DNA from: the human T2T-CHM13v2.0 reference genome, Homo sapiens
Length of the DNA: 64,000 bases
Assembly (NCBI RefSeq): GCF_009914755.1
Contig: NC_060932.1
Direction: 5' to 3' (one strand)
Under the pieces are notes generated by a model. It did no database searches. It was not told the origin of the DNA and saw only the letters and a list, made by a program, of their open reading frames with translations. How positions within the stretch are numbered: position 1 is the first letter of the stretch; each line of letters opens with the position of its first letter. Below, piece after piece: positions 1 through 13,498 of this stretch. A program made the position numbers and the translations under genes.

Positions 1-69
1 TTTGATACAGCAGTTTTGAACCACACTTTTTGTAGAATCTGCAAGTGGATATTTGGATAGCTGTGAGGA

Positions 70-86
70 TTTCGTTGGAAACGGGA
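70..86 (+). promoter_or_regulatory. CENP-B box, intact (representative; equivalent site in every HOR)
   Basis: TTTCGTTGGAAACGGGA matches NTTCGNNNNANNCGGGN. Confidence 0.97.
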
Positions 87-240
87 ATGTCTTCATAGAA
101 AATTTAGACAGAAGCATTCTCAGAACCTTGATTGTGATGTGTGTTCTCCACTAACAGAGTTGAACCTTTCTTTTGACAGAACTGTTCTGAAACATTCTTG
201 TTATAGAATCTGGAAGTGGATATTTGGAAAGCTTTGAGGA

Positions 241-257
241 TTTCGTTGGAAACGGGA
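241..257 (+). promoter_or_regulatory. CENP-B box, intact (representative; 7- and 11-mers only)
   Basis: TTTCGTTGGAAACGGGA, one monomer after the box at 70. Confidence 0.97.
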
Positions 258-411
258 ATATCTTCAAATCAAATCTAGCCAGAAGCATTCTAAGAAACAT
301 CTTAGGGATGTTTACATTCAAGTCACAGAGTTGAACATTCCCTTTCACAGAGCAGGTTTGAAACAATCTTCTCGTACTATCTGGCAGTGGACATTTTGAG
401 CTCCTTGGGGC

Positions 412-428
412 CTATGCTGAAAAAGGAA
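412..428 (+). promoter_or_regulatory. pJalpha-type (A-box) site, variant (representative)
   Basis: CTATGCTGAAAAAGGAA at the box-equivalent monomer position (241+171). Confidence 0.8.
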
Positions 429-582
429 ATATCTTCCGACAAAAACTAGACAGAAGCATTCGCAGAATCACGTTTGTGATGTGTGCACTCAACTGTCAGA
501 ATTGAACCTTGGTTTGGACAGAGCACTTTTGAAACACTCTTTTTGTAGAATCTGCAGGTGGATATTTGGCTAGCTTTGAGGA

Positions 583-599
583 TTTCATTGGAAACGGTA
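583..599 (+). promoter_or_regulatory. Degenerate CENP-B box (CGGT, fixed in 7- and 11-mers; this copy also TTCA)
   Basis: TTTCATTGGAAACGGTA; other copies read TTTCGTTGGAAACGGTA. Confidence 0.93.
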
Positions 600-922
600 A
601 TGTCTTCAAAGAAAATCTAGACAGAAGCATTCTCAGAAACACCTTCGTGATGTTTGCAATCAAGTCACAGAGTTGAACCTTCCGTTTCATAGAGCAGGTT
701 GGAAACACTCTTTGTAGTATCTGGAAGTGGACATTTGGAGGGCTTTGTAGCCTATCTGGAAAAAGGAAATATCTTCCCATGAATGCGAGATAGAAGTAAT
801 CTCAGAAACATGTTTATGCTGTATCTACTCAACTAACTGTGCTGAACATTTCTATTGATAGAGCAGTTTTGAGACACTCTTCTTTTGGAATCTGCAAGTG
901 GATATTTGGATAGATTTGAGGA

Positions 923-939
923 TTTCGTTGGAAACGGGA
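923..939 (+). promoter_or_regulatory. CENP-B box, intact (representative)
   Basis: TTTCGTTGGAAACGGGA. Confidence 0.97.
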
Positions 940-3900
940 TTATATATCAAAAGTAGACAGCAGCATTCTCAGAAACTTCTTTGTGATGTTTGCATCCAGC
1001 TCTCAGAGTTGAACATTCCCTTTCATAGAGTAGGTTTGAAACCCTCTTTTTATAGTGTCTGGAAGCGGGCATTTGGAGCGCTTTCAGGCCTATGCTGAAA
1101 AAGGAAATATCTACCTATAGAAACTAGACAGAAGCATTCTGAGAATCACGTTTGTGATGTGGGTACTCAACTAACAGTGTTGATCCATTCTTTTGATACA
1201 GCAGTTTTGAACCACACTTTTTGTAGAATCTGCAAGTGGATATTTGGATAGCTGTGAGGATTTCGTTGGAAACGGGAATGTCTTCATAGAAAATTTAGAC
1301 AGAAGCATTCTCAGAACCTTGATTGTGATGTGTGTTCTCCACTAACAGAGTTGAACCTTTCTTTTGACAGAACTGTTCTGAAACATTCTTTTTATAGAAT
1401 CTGGAAGTGGATATTTGGAAAGCTTTGAGGATTTCGTTGGAAACGGGAATATCTTCAAATCAAATCTAGCCAGAAGCATTCTAAGAAACATCTTAGGGAT
1501 GTTTACATTCAAGTCACAGAGTTGAACATTCCCTTTCACAGAGCAGGTTTGAAACAATCTTCTCGTACTATCTGGCAGTGGACATTTTGAGCTCCTTGGG
1601 GCCTATGCTGAAAAAGGAAATATCTTCCGACAAAAACTAGACAGAAGCATTCGCAGAATCACGTTTGTGATGTGTGCACTCAACTGTCAGAATTGAACCT
1701 TGGTTTGGACAGAGCACTTTTGAAACACTCTTTTTGTAGAATCTGCAGGTGGATATTTGGCTAGCTTTGAGGATTTCGTTGGAAACGGTAATGTCTTCAA
1801 AGAAAATCTAGACAGAAGCATTCTCAGAAACACCTTCGTGATGTTTGCAATCAAGTCACAGAGTTGAACCTTCCGTTTCATAGAGCAGGTTGGAAACACT
1901 CTTTTTGTAGTATCTGGAAGTGGACATTTGGAGGGCTTTGTAGCCTATCTGGAAAAAGGAAATATCTTCCCATGAATGCGAGATAGAAGTAATCTCAGAA
2001 ACATGTTTATGCTGTATCTACTCAACTAACTGTGCTGAACATTTCTATTGATAGAGCAGTTTTGAGACACTCTTCTTTTGGAATCTGCAAGTGGATATTT
2101 GGATAGATTTGAGGATTTCGTTGGAAACGGGATTATATATCAAAAGTAGACAGCAGCATTCTCAGAAACTTCTTTGTGATGTTTGCATCCAGCTCTCAGA
2201 GTTGAACATTCCCTTTCATAGAGTAGGTTTGAAACCCTCTTTTTATAGTGTCTGGAAGCGGGCATTTGGAGCGCTTTCAGGCCTATGCTGAAAAAGGAAA
2301 TATCTACCTATGGAAACTAGACAGAAGCATTCTGAGAATCACGTTTGTGATGTGGGTACTCAACTAACAGTGTTGATCCATTCTTTTGATACAGCAGTTT
2401 TGAACCACACTTTTTGTAGAATCTGCAAGTGGATATTTGGATAGCTGTGAGGATTTCGTTGGAAACGGGAATGTCTTCATAGAAAATTTAGACAGAAGCA
2501 TTCTCAGAACCTTGATTGTGATGTGTGTTCTCCACTAACAGAGTTGAACCTTTCTTTTGACAGAACTGTTCTGAAACATTCTTGTTATAGAATCTGGAAG
2601 TGGATATTTGGAAAGCTTTGAGGATTTCGTTGGAAACGGGAATATCTTCAAATCAAATCTAGCCAGAAGCATTCTAAGAAACATCTTAGGGATGTTTACA
2701 TTCAAGTCACAGAGTTGAACATTCCCTTTCACAGAGCAGGTTTGAAACAATCTTCTCGTACTATCTGGCAGTGGACATTTTGAGCTCCTTGGGGCCTATG
2801 CTGAAAAAGGAAATATCTTCCGACAAAAACTAGACAGAAGCATTCGCAGAATCGCGTTTGTGATGTGTGCACTCAACTGTCAGAATTGAACCTTGGTTTG
2901 GACAGAGCACTTTTGAAACACTCTTTTTGTAGAATCTGCAGGTGGATATTTGGCTAGCTTTGAGGATTTCGTTGGAAACGGTAATGTCTTCAAAGAAAAT
3001 CTAGACAGAAGCATTCTCAGAAACACCTTCGTGATGTTTGCAATCAAGTCACAGAGTTGAACCTTCCGTTTCATAGAGCAGGTTGGAAACACTCTTTTTG
3101 TAGTATCTGGAAGTGGACATTTGCAGGGCTTTGTAGCCTATGTGGAAAAAGGAAATATCTTCCCATGAATGCGAGATAGAAGTAATCTCAGAAACATGTT
3201 TATGCTGTATCTACTCAACTAACTGTGCTGAACATTTCTATTGATAGAGCAGTTTTGAGACACTCTTCTTTTGGAATCTGCAAGTGGATATTTGGATAGA
3301 TTTGAGGATTTCGTTGGAAACGGGATTATATATCAAAAGTAGACAGCAGCATTCTCAGAAACTTCTTTGTGATGTTTGCATCCAGCTCTCAGAGTTGAAC
3401 ATTCCCTTTCATAGAGTAGGTTTGAAACCCTCTTTTTATAGTGTCTGGAAGCGGGCATTTGGAGCACTTTCAGGCCTATGCTGAAAAAGGAAATATCTAC
3501 CTATAGAAACTAGACAGAAGCATTCTGAGAATCACGTTTGTGATGTGGGTACTCAACTAACAGTGTTGATCCATTCTTTTGATACAGCAGTTTTGAACCA
3601 CACTTTTTGTAGAATCTGCAAGTGGATATTTGGATAGCTGTGAGGATTTCGTTGGAAACGGGAATGTCTTCATAGAAAATTTAGACAGAAGCATTCTCAG
3701 AACCTTGATTGTGATGTGTGTTCTCCACTAACAGAGTTGAACCTTTCTTTTGACAGAACTGTTCTGAAACATTCTTTTTATAGAATCTGGAAGTGGATAT
3801 TTGGAAAGCTTTGAGGATTTCGTTGGAAACGGGAATATCTTCAAATAAAATCTAGCCAGAAGCATTCTAAGAAACATCTTAGGGATGTTTACATTCAAGT

Positions 3901-6900
3901 CACAGAGTTGAACATTCCCTTTCACAGAGCAGGTTTGAAACAATCTTCTCGTACTATCTGGCAGTGGACATTTTGAGCTCCTTGGGGCCTATGCTGAAAA
4001 AGGAAATATCTTCCGACAAAAACTAGACAGAAGCATTCGCAGAATCACGTTTGTGATGTGTGCACTCAACTGTCAGAATTGAACCTTGGTTTGGACAGAG
4101 CACTTTTGAAACACTCTTTTTGTAGAATCTGCAGGTGGATATTTGGCTAGCTTTGAGGATTTCGTTGGAAACGGTAATGTCTTCAAAGAAAATCTAGACA
4201 GAAGCATTCTCAGAAACACCTTCGTGATGTTTGCAATCAAGTCACAGAGTTGAACCTTCCGTTTCATAGAGCAGGTTGGAAACACTCTTTGTAGTATCTG
4301 GAAGTGGACATTTGGAGGGCTTTGTAGCCTATCTGGAAAAAGGAAATATCTTCCCATGAATGCGAGATAGAAGTAATCTCAGAAACATGTTTATGCTGTA
4401 TCTACTCAACTAACTGTGCTGAACATTTCTATTGATAGAGCAGTTTTGAGACACTCTTCTTTTGGAATCTGCAAGTGGATATTTGGATAGATTTGAGGAT
4501 TTCGTTGGAAACGGGATTATATATCAAAAGTAGACAGCAGCATTCTCAGAAACTTCTTTGTGATGTTTGCATCCAGCTCTCAGAGTTGAACATTCCCTTT
4601 CATAGAGTAGGTTTGAAACCCTCTTTTTATAGTGTCTGGAAGCGGGCATTTGGAGCGCTTTCAGGCCTATGCTGAAAAAGGAAATATCTACCTATAGAAA
4701 CTAGACAGAAGCATTCTGAGAATCACGTTTGTGATGTGGGTACTCAACTAACAGTGTTGATCCATTCTTTTGATACAGAAGTTTTGAACCACACTTTTTG
4801 TAGAATCTGCAAGTGGATATTTGGATAGCTGTGAGGATTTCGTTGGAAACGGGAATGTCTTCATAGAAAATTTAGACAGAAGCATTCTCAGAACCTTGAT
4901 TGTGATGTGTGTTCTCCACTAACAGAGTTGAACCTTTCTTTTGACAGAACTGTTCTGAAACATTCTTTTTATAGAATCTGGAAGTGGATATTTGGAAAGC
5001 TTTGAGGATTTCGTTGGAAACGGGAATATCTTCAAATAAAATCTAGCCAGAAGCATTCTAAGAAACATCTTAGGGATGTTTACATTCAAGTCACAGAGTT
5101 GAACATTCCCTTTCACAGAGCAGGTTTGAAACAATCTTCTCGTACTATCTGGCAGTGGACATTTTGAGCTCCTTGGGGCCTATGCTGAAAAAGGAAATAT
5201 CTTCCGACAAAAACTAGACAGAAGCATTCGCAGAATCACGTTTGTGATGTGTGCACTCAACTGTCAGAATTGAACCTTGGTTTGGACAGAGCACTTTTGA
5301 AACACTCTTTTTGTAGAATCTGCAGGTGGATATTTGGCTAGCTTTGAGGATTTCGTTGGAAACGGTAATGTCTTCAAAGAAAATCTAGACAGAAGCATTC
5401 TCAGAAACACCTTCGTGATGTTTGCAATCAAGTCACAGAGTTGAACCTTCCGTTTCATAGAGCAGGTTGGAAACACTCTTTTTGTAGTATCTGGAAGTGG
5501 ACATTTGGAGGGCTTTGTAGCCTATCTGGAAAAAGGAAATATCTTCCCATGAATGCGAGATAGAAGTAATCTCAGAAACATGTTTATGCTGTATCTACTC
5601 AACTAACTGTGCTGAACATTTCTATTGATAGAGCAGTTTTGAGACACTCTTCTTTTGGAATCTGCAAGTGGATATTTGGATAGATTTGAGGATTTCGTTG
5701 GAAACGGGATTATATATCAAAAGTAGACAGCAGCATTCTCAGAAACTTCTTTGTGATGTTTGCATCCAGCTCTCAGAGTTGAACATTCCCTTTCATAGAG
5801 TAGGTTTGAAACCCTCTTTTTATAGTGTCTGGAAGCGGGCATTTGGAGCGCTTTCAGGCCTATGCTGAAAAAGGAAATATCTACCTATAGAAACTAGACA
5901 GAAGCATTCTGAGAATCACGTTTGTGATGTGGGTACTCAACTAACAGTGTTGATCCATTCTTTTGATACAGCAGTTTTGAACCACACTTTTTGTAGAATC
6001 TGCAAGTGGATATTTGGATAGCTGTGAGGATTTCGTTGGAAACGGGAATGTCTTCATAGAAAATTTAGACAGAAGCATTCTCAGAACCTTGATTGTGATG
6101 TGTGTTCTCCACTAACAAAGTTGAACCTTTCTTTTGACAGAACTGTTCTGAAACATTCTTTTTGTAGAATCTGGAAGTGGATATTTGGAAAGCTTTGAGG
6201 ATTTCGTTGGAAACGGGAATATCTTCAAATCAAATCTAGCCAGAAGCATTCTAAGAAACATCTTAGGGATGTTTACATTCAAGTCACAGAGTTGAACATT
6301 CCCTTTCACAGAGCAGGTTTGAAACAATCTTCTCGTACTATCTGGCAGTGGACATTTTGAGCTCCTTGGGGCCTATGCTGAAAAAGGAAATATCTTCCGA
6401 CAAAAACTAGACAGAAGCATTCGCAGAATCACGTTTGTGATGTGTGCACTCAACTGTCAGAATTGAACCTTGGTTTGGACAGAGCACTTTTGAAACACTC
6501 TTTTTGTAGAATCTGCAGGTGGATATTTGGCTAGCTTTGAGGATTTCGTTGGAAACGGTAATGTCTTCAAAGAAAATCTAGACAGAAGCATTCTCAGAAA
6601 CACCTTCGTGATGTTTGCAATCAAGTCACAGAGTTGAACCTTCCGTTTCATAGAGCAGGTTGGAAACACTCTTTTTGTAGTATCTGGAAGTGGACATTTG
6701 GAGGGCTTTGTAGCCTATCTGGAAAAAGGAAATATCTTCCCATGAATGCGAGATAGAAGTAATCTCAGAAACATGTTTATGCTGTATCTACTCAACTAAC
6801 TGTGCTGAACATTTCTATTGATAGAGCAGTTTTGAGACACTCTTCTTTTGGAATCTGCAAGTGGATATTTGGATAGATTTGAGGATTTCGTTGGAAACGG

Positions 6901-9900
6901 GATTATATATCAAAAGTAGACAGCAGCATTCTCAGAAACTTCTTTGTGATGTTTGCATCCAGCTCTCAGAGTTGAACATTCCCTTTCATAGAGTAGGTTT
7001 GAAACCCTCTTTTTATAGTGTCTGGAAGCGGGCATTTGGAGCGCTTTCAGGCCTATGCTGAAAAAGGAAATATCTACCTATAGAAACTAGACAGAAGCAT
7101 TCTGAGAATCACGTTTGTGATGTGGGTACTCAACTAACAGTGTTGATCCATTCTTTTGATACAGCAGTTTTGAACCACACTTTTTGTAGAATCTGCAAGT
7201 GGATATTTGGATAGCTGTGAGGATTTCGTTGGAAACGGGAATGTCTTCATAGAAAATTTAGACAGAAGCATTCTCAGAACCTTGATTGTGATGTGTGTTC
7301 TCCACTAACAAAGTTGAACCTTTCTTTTGACAGAACTGTTCTGAAACATTCTTTTTGTAGAATCTGGAAGTGGATATTTGGAAAGCTTTGAGGATTTCGT
7401 TGGAAACGGGAATATCTTCAAATAAAATCTAGCCAGAAGCATTCTAAGAAACATCTTAGGGATGTTTACATTCAAGTCACAGAGTTGAACATTCCCTTTC
7501 ACAGAGCAGGTTTGAAACAATCTTCTCGTACTATCTGGCAGTGGACATTTTGAGCTCCTTGGGGCCTATGCTGAAAAAGGAAATATCTTCCGACAAAAAC
7601 TAGACAGAAGCATTCGCAGAATCACGTTTGTGATGTGTGCACTCAACTGTCAGAATTGAACCTTGGTTTGGACAGAGCACTTTTGAAACACTCTTTTTGT
7701 AGAATCTGCAGGTGGATATTTGGCTAGCTTTGAGGATTTCGTTGGAAACGGTAATGTCTTCAAAGAAAATCTAGACAGAAGCATTCTCAGAAACACCTTC
7801 GTGATGTTTGCAATCAAGTCACAGAGTTGAACCTTCCGTTTCATAGAGCAGGTTGGAAACACTCTTTTTGTAGTATCTGGAAGTGGACATTTGGAGGGCT
7901 TTGTAGCCTATCTGGAAAAAGGAAATATCTTCCCATGAATGCGAGATAGAAGTAATCTCAGAAACATGTTTATGCTGTATCTACTCAACTAACTGTGCTG
8001 AACATTTCTATTGATAGAGCAGTTTTGAGACACTCTTCTTTTGGAATCTGCAAGTGGATATTTGGATAGATTTGAGGATTTCGTTGGAAACGGGATTATA
8101 TATCAAAAGTAGACAGCAGCATTCTCAGAAACTTCTTTGTGATGTTTGCATCCAGCTCTCAGAGTTGAACATTCCCTTTCATAGAGTAGGTTTGAAACCC
8201 TCTTTTTATAGTGTCTGGAAGCGGGCATTTGGAGCGCTTTCAGGCCTATGCTGAAAAAGGAAATATCTACCTATAGAAACTAGACAGAAGCATTCTGAGA
8301 ATCACGTTTGTGATGTGGGTACTCAACTAACAGTGTTGATCCATTCTTTTGATACAGCAGTTTTGAACCACACTTTTTGTAGAATCTGCAAGTGGATATT
8401 TGGATAGCTGTGAGGATTTCGTTGGAAACGGGAATGTCTTCATAGAAAATTTAGACAGAAGCATTCTCAGAACCTTGATTGTGATGTGTGTTCTCCACTA
8501 ACAGAGTTGAACCTTTCTTTTGACAGAACTGTTCTGAAACATTCTTTTTATAGAATCTGGAAGTGGATATTTGGAAAGCTTTGAGGATTTCGTTGGAAAC
8601 GGGAATATCTTCAAATCAAATCTAGCCAGAAGCATTCTAAGAAACATCTTAGGGATGTTTACATTCAAGTCACAGAGTTGAACATTCCCTTTCACAGAGC
8701 AGGTTTGAAACAATCTTCTCGTACTATCTGGCAGTGGACATTTTGAGCTCCTTGGGGCCTATGCTGAAAAAGGAAATATCTTCCGACAAAAACTAGACAG
8801 AAGCATTCGCAGAATCACGTTTGTGATGTGTGCACTCAACTGTCAGAATTGAACCTTGGTTTGGACAGAGCACTTTTGAAACACTCTTTTTGTAGAATCT
8901 GCAGGTGGATATTTGGCTAGCTTTGAGGATTTCGTTGGAAACGGTAATGTCTTCAAAGAAAATCTAGACAGAAGCATTCTCAGAAACACCTTCGTGATGT
9001 TTGCAATCAAGTCACAGAGTTGAACCTTCCGTTTCATAGAGCAGGTTGGAAACACTCTTTGTAGTATCTGGAAGTGGACATTTGGAGGGCTTTGTAGCCT
9101 ATCTGGAAAAAGGAAATATCTTCCCATGAATGCGAGATAGAAGTAATCTCAGAAACATGTTTATGCTGTATCTACTCAACTAACTGTGCTGAACATTTCT
9201 ATTGATAGAGCAGTTTTGAGACACTCTTCTTTTGGAATCTGCAAGTGGATATTTGGATAGATTTGAGGATTTCGTTGGAAACGGGATTATATATCAAAAG
9301 TAGACAGCAGCATTCTCAGAAACTTCTTTGTGATGTTTGCATCCAGCTCTCAGAGTTGAACATTCCCTTTCATAGAGTAGGTTTGAAACCCTCTTTTTAT
9401 AGTGTCTGGAAGCGGGCATTTGGAGCGCTTTCAGGCCTATGCTGAAAAAGGAAATATCTACCTATAGAAACTAGACAGAAGCATTCTGAGAATCACGTTT
9501 GTGATGTGGGTACTCAACTAACAGTGTTGATCCATTCTTTTGATACAGCAGTTTTGAACCACACTTTTTGTAGAATCTGCAAGTGGATATTTGGATAGCT
9601 GTGAGGATTTCGTTGGAAACGGGAATGTCTTCATAGAAAATTTAGACAGAAGCATTCTCAGAACCTTGATTGTGATGTGTGTTCTCCACTAACAGAGTTG
9701 AACCTTTCTTTTGACAGAACTGTTCTGAAACATTCTTTTTATAGAATCTGGAAGTGGATATTTGGAAAGCTTTGAGGATTTCGTTGGAAACGGGAATATC
9801 TTCAAATCAAATCTAGCCAGAAGCATTCTAAGAAACATCTTAGGGATGTTTACATTCAAGTCACAGAGTTGAACATTCCCTTTCACAGAGCAGGTTTGAA

Positions 9901-10437
9901 ACAATCTTCTCGTACTATCTGGCAGTGGACATTTTGAGCTCCTTGGGGCCTATGCTGAAAAAGGAAATATCTTCCGACAAAAACTAGACAGAAGCATTCG
10001 CAGAATCACGTTTGTGATGTGTGCACTCAACTGTCAGAATTGAACCTTGGTTTGGACAGAGCACTTTTGAAACACTCTTTTTGTAGAATCTGCAGGTGGA
10101 TATTTGGCTAGCTTTGAGGATTTCGTTGGAAACGGTAATGTCTTCAAAGAAAATCTAGACAGAAGCATTCTCAGAAACACCTTCGTGATGTTTGCAATCA
10201 AGTCACAGAGTTGAACCTTCCGTTTCATAGAGCAGGTTGGAAACACTCTTTTTGTAGTATCTGGAAGTGGACATTTGGAGGGCTTTGTAGCCTATCTGGA
10301 AAAAGGAAATATCTTCCCATGAATGCGAGATAGAAGTAATCTCAGAAACATGTTTATGCTGTATCTACTCAACTAACTGTGCTGAACATTTCTATTGATA
10401 GAGCAGTTTTGAGACACTCTTCTTTTGGAATCTGCAA

Positions 10438-12305
10438 GTGGATATTTGGATAGATTTGAGGATTTCGTTGGAAACGGGATTATATATCAAAAGTAGACAG
10501 CAGCATTCTCAGAAACTTCTTTGTGATGTTTGCATCCAGCTCTCAGAGTTGAACATTCCCTTTCATAGAGTAGGTTTGAAACCCTCTTTTTATAGTGTCT
10601 GGAAGCGGGCATTTGGAGCGCTTTCAGGCCTATGCTGAAAAAGGAAATATCTACCTATAGAAACTAGACAGAAGCATTCTGAGAATCACGTTTGTGATGT
10701 GGGTACTCAACTAACAGTGTTGATCCATTCTTTTGATACAGCAGTTTTGAACCACACTTTTTGTAGAATCTGCAAGTGGATATTTGGATAGCTGTGAGGA
10801 TTTCGTTGGAAACGGGAATGTCTTCATAGAAAATTTAGACAGAAGCATTCTCAGAACCTTGATTGTGATGTGTGTTCTCCACTAACAGAGTTGAACCTTT
10901 CTTTTGACAGAACTGTTCTGAAACATTCTTTTTATAGAATCTGGAAGTGGATATTTGGAAAGCTTTGAGGATTTCGTTGGAAACGGGAATATCTTCAAAT
11001 CAAATCTAGCCAGAAGCATTCTAAGAAACATCTTAGGGATGTTTACATTCAAGTCACAGAGTTGAACATTCCCTTTCACAGAGCAGGTTTGAAACAATCT
11101 TCTCGTACTATCTGGCAGTGGACATTTTGAGCTCCTTGGGGCCTATGCTGAAAAAGGAAACATCTTCCGACAAAAACTAGACAGAAGCATTCGCAGAATC
11201 ACGTTTGTGATGTGTGCACTCAACTGTCAGAATTGAACCTTGGTTTGGACAGAGCACTTTTGAAACACTCTTTTTGTAGAATCTGCAGGTGGATATTTGG
11301 CTAGCTTTGAGGATTTCGTTGGAAACGGTAATGTCTTCAAAGAAAATCTAGACAGAAGCATTCTCAGAAACACCTTCGTGATGTTTGCAATCAAGTCACA
11401 GAGTTGAACCTTCCGTTTCATAGAGCAGGTTGGAAACACTCTTTTTGTAGTATCTGGAAGTGGACATTTGGAGCGCTTTCAGGCCTATGGTGAAAAAGGA
11501 AATATCTTCCCATAAAAACGACATAGAAGCTATCTCAGGAACTTGTTTATGATGCATCTAATCAACTAACAGTGTTGAACCTTTGTACTGACAGAGCAGT
11601 TTGAAACACTCTTTTTTTGGAATCTGCAAGTGGATATTTGGATCGCTTTGAGGATTTCGTTGGAAACGGGATGCAATATAAAACGTACACAGCAGCATAC
11701 TCAGAAAATACTTTGCCATATTTCCATTCAAGTCACAGAGTGGAACATTCCCATTCATAGAGCAGGTTTGAAACACTCTTTTTGGAGTATCTGGAAGTGG
11801 ACATTTGGAGCGCTTTCTGAACTATGGTGAAAAAGGAAATATCTTCCAATGAAAACAAGACAGAAGCATTCTGAGAAACTTATTTGTGATGTGTGTCCTC
11901 AACAAACGGACTTGAACCTTTCGTTTCATGCAGTACTTCTGGAACACTCTTTTTGAAGATTCTGCATGCGGATATTTGGATAGCTTTGAGGATTTCGTTG
12001 GAAACGGGCTTACATGTAAAAATTAGACAGCAGCATTCTCAGAAACTTCTTTGTGGTGTCTGCATTCAAGTCACAGAATTGAACATCCCCTCACATAGAG
12101 CAGTTGTGCAGCACTCTATTTGTAGTATCTGGAAGTGGACATTTGGAGGGCTTTGTAGCCTATCTGGAAAAAGGAAATATCTTCCCATGAATGCGAGATA
12201 GAAGTAATCTCAGAAACATGTTTATGCTGTATCTACTCAACTAACTGTGCTGAACATTTCTATTGATAGAGCAGTTTTGAGACACTCTTCTTTTGGAATC
12301 TGCAA
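10438..12305 (+). repeat. 11-mer HOR (1868 bp)
   Basis: Period 1868; contains the extra 675-bp four-monomer block (CCCATAAAAACGACATAG...GCAGTTGTGCAGCAC). Confidence 0.96.
11485..11501 (+). promoter_or_regulatory. pJalpha-type (A-box) site, consensus-like (8- and 11-mers; second copy at 11822-11838)
   Basis: CTATGGTGAAAAAGGAA. Confidence 0.82.
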
Positions 12306-13498
12306 GTGGATATTTGGATAGATTTGAGGATTTCGTTGGAAACGGGATTATATATCAAAAGTAGACAGCAGCATTCTCAGAAACTTCTTTGTGATGTTTG
12401 CATCCAGCTCTCAGAGTTGAACATTCCCTTTCATAGAGTAGGTTTGAAACCCTCTTTTTATAGTGTCTGGAAGCGGGCATTTGGAGCGCTTTCAGGCCTA
12501 TGCTGAAAAAGGAAATATCTACCTATAGAAACTAGACAGAAGCATTCTGAGAATCACGTTTGTGATGTGGGTACTCAACTAACAGTGTTGATCCATTCTT
12601 TTGATACAGCAGTTTTGAACCACACTTTTTGTAGAATCTGCAAGTGGATATTTGGATAGCTGTGAGGATTTCGTTGGAAACGGGAATGTCTTCATAGAAA
12701 ATTTAGACAGAAGCATTCTCAGAACCTTGATTGTGATGTGTGTTCTCCACTAACAGAGTTGAACCTTTCTTTTGACAGAACTGTTCTGAAACATTCTTTT
12801 TATAGAATCTGGAAGTGGATATTTGGAAAGCTTTGAGGATTTCGTTGGAAACGGGAATATCTTCAAATCAAATCTAGCCAGAAGCATTCTAAGAAACATC
12901 TTAGGGATGTTTACATTCAAGTCACAGAGTTGAACATTCCCTTTCACAGAGCAGGTTTGAAACAATCTTCTCGTACTATCTGGCAGTGGACATTTTGAGC
13001 TCCTTGGGGCCTATGCTGAAAAAGGAAATATCTTCCGACAAAAACTAGACAGAAGCATTCGCAGAATCACGTTTGTGATGTGTGCACTCAACTGTCAGAA
13101 TTGAACCTTGGTTTGGACAGAGCACTTTTGAAACACTCTTTTTGTAGAATCTGCAGGTGGATATTTGGCTAGCTTTGAGGATTTCGTTGGAAACGGTAAT
13201 GTCTTCAAAGAAAATCTAGACAGAAGCATTCTCAGAAACACCTTCGTGATGTTTGCAATCAAGTCACAGAGTTGAACCTTCCGTTTCATAGAGCAGGTTG
13301 GAAACACTCTTTTTGTAGTATCTGGAAGTGGACATTTGGAGGGCTTTGTAGCCTATGTGGAAAAAGGAAATATCTTCCCATGAATGCGAGATAGAAGTAA
13401 TCTCAGAAACATGTTTATGCTGTATCTACTCAACTAACTGTGCTGAACATTTCTATTGATAGAGCAGTTTTGAGACACTCTTCTTTTGGAATCTGCAA
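12306..13498 (+). repeat. 7-mer HOR
   Basis: Period 1193. Confidence 0.96.

Larger units (their letters stand above)
1..10437 (+). repeat. Run of 7-mer HORs (partial + 8 complete)
   Basis: Marker monomer recurs at 898, 2091, 3284, 4475, 5668, 6861, 8054, 9245, 10438 (1193 or 1191 bp). Confidence 0.97.

Noticed and set aside
356-364. Short dyads (GTTTGAAAC, TTTCGTTGGAAA) as cruciform or terminator signals
   Set aside because: Arms of 3-4 bp are generic to alpha satellite; nothing specific can be supported without folding calculations.
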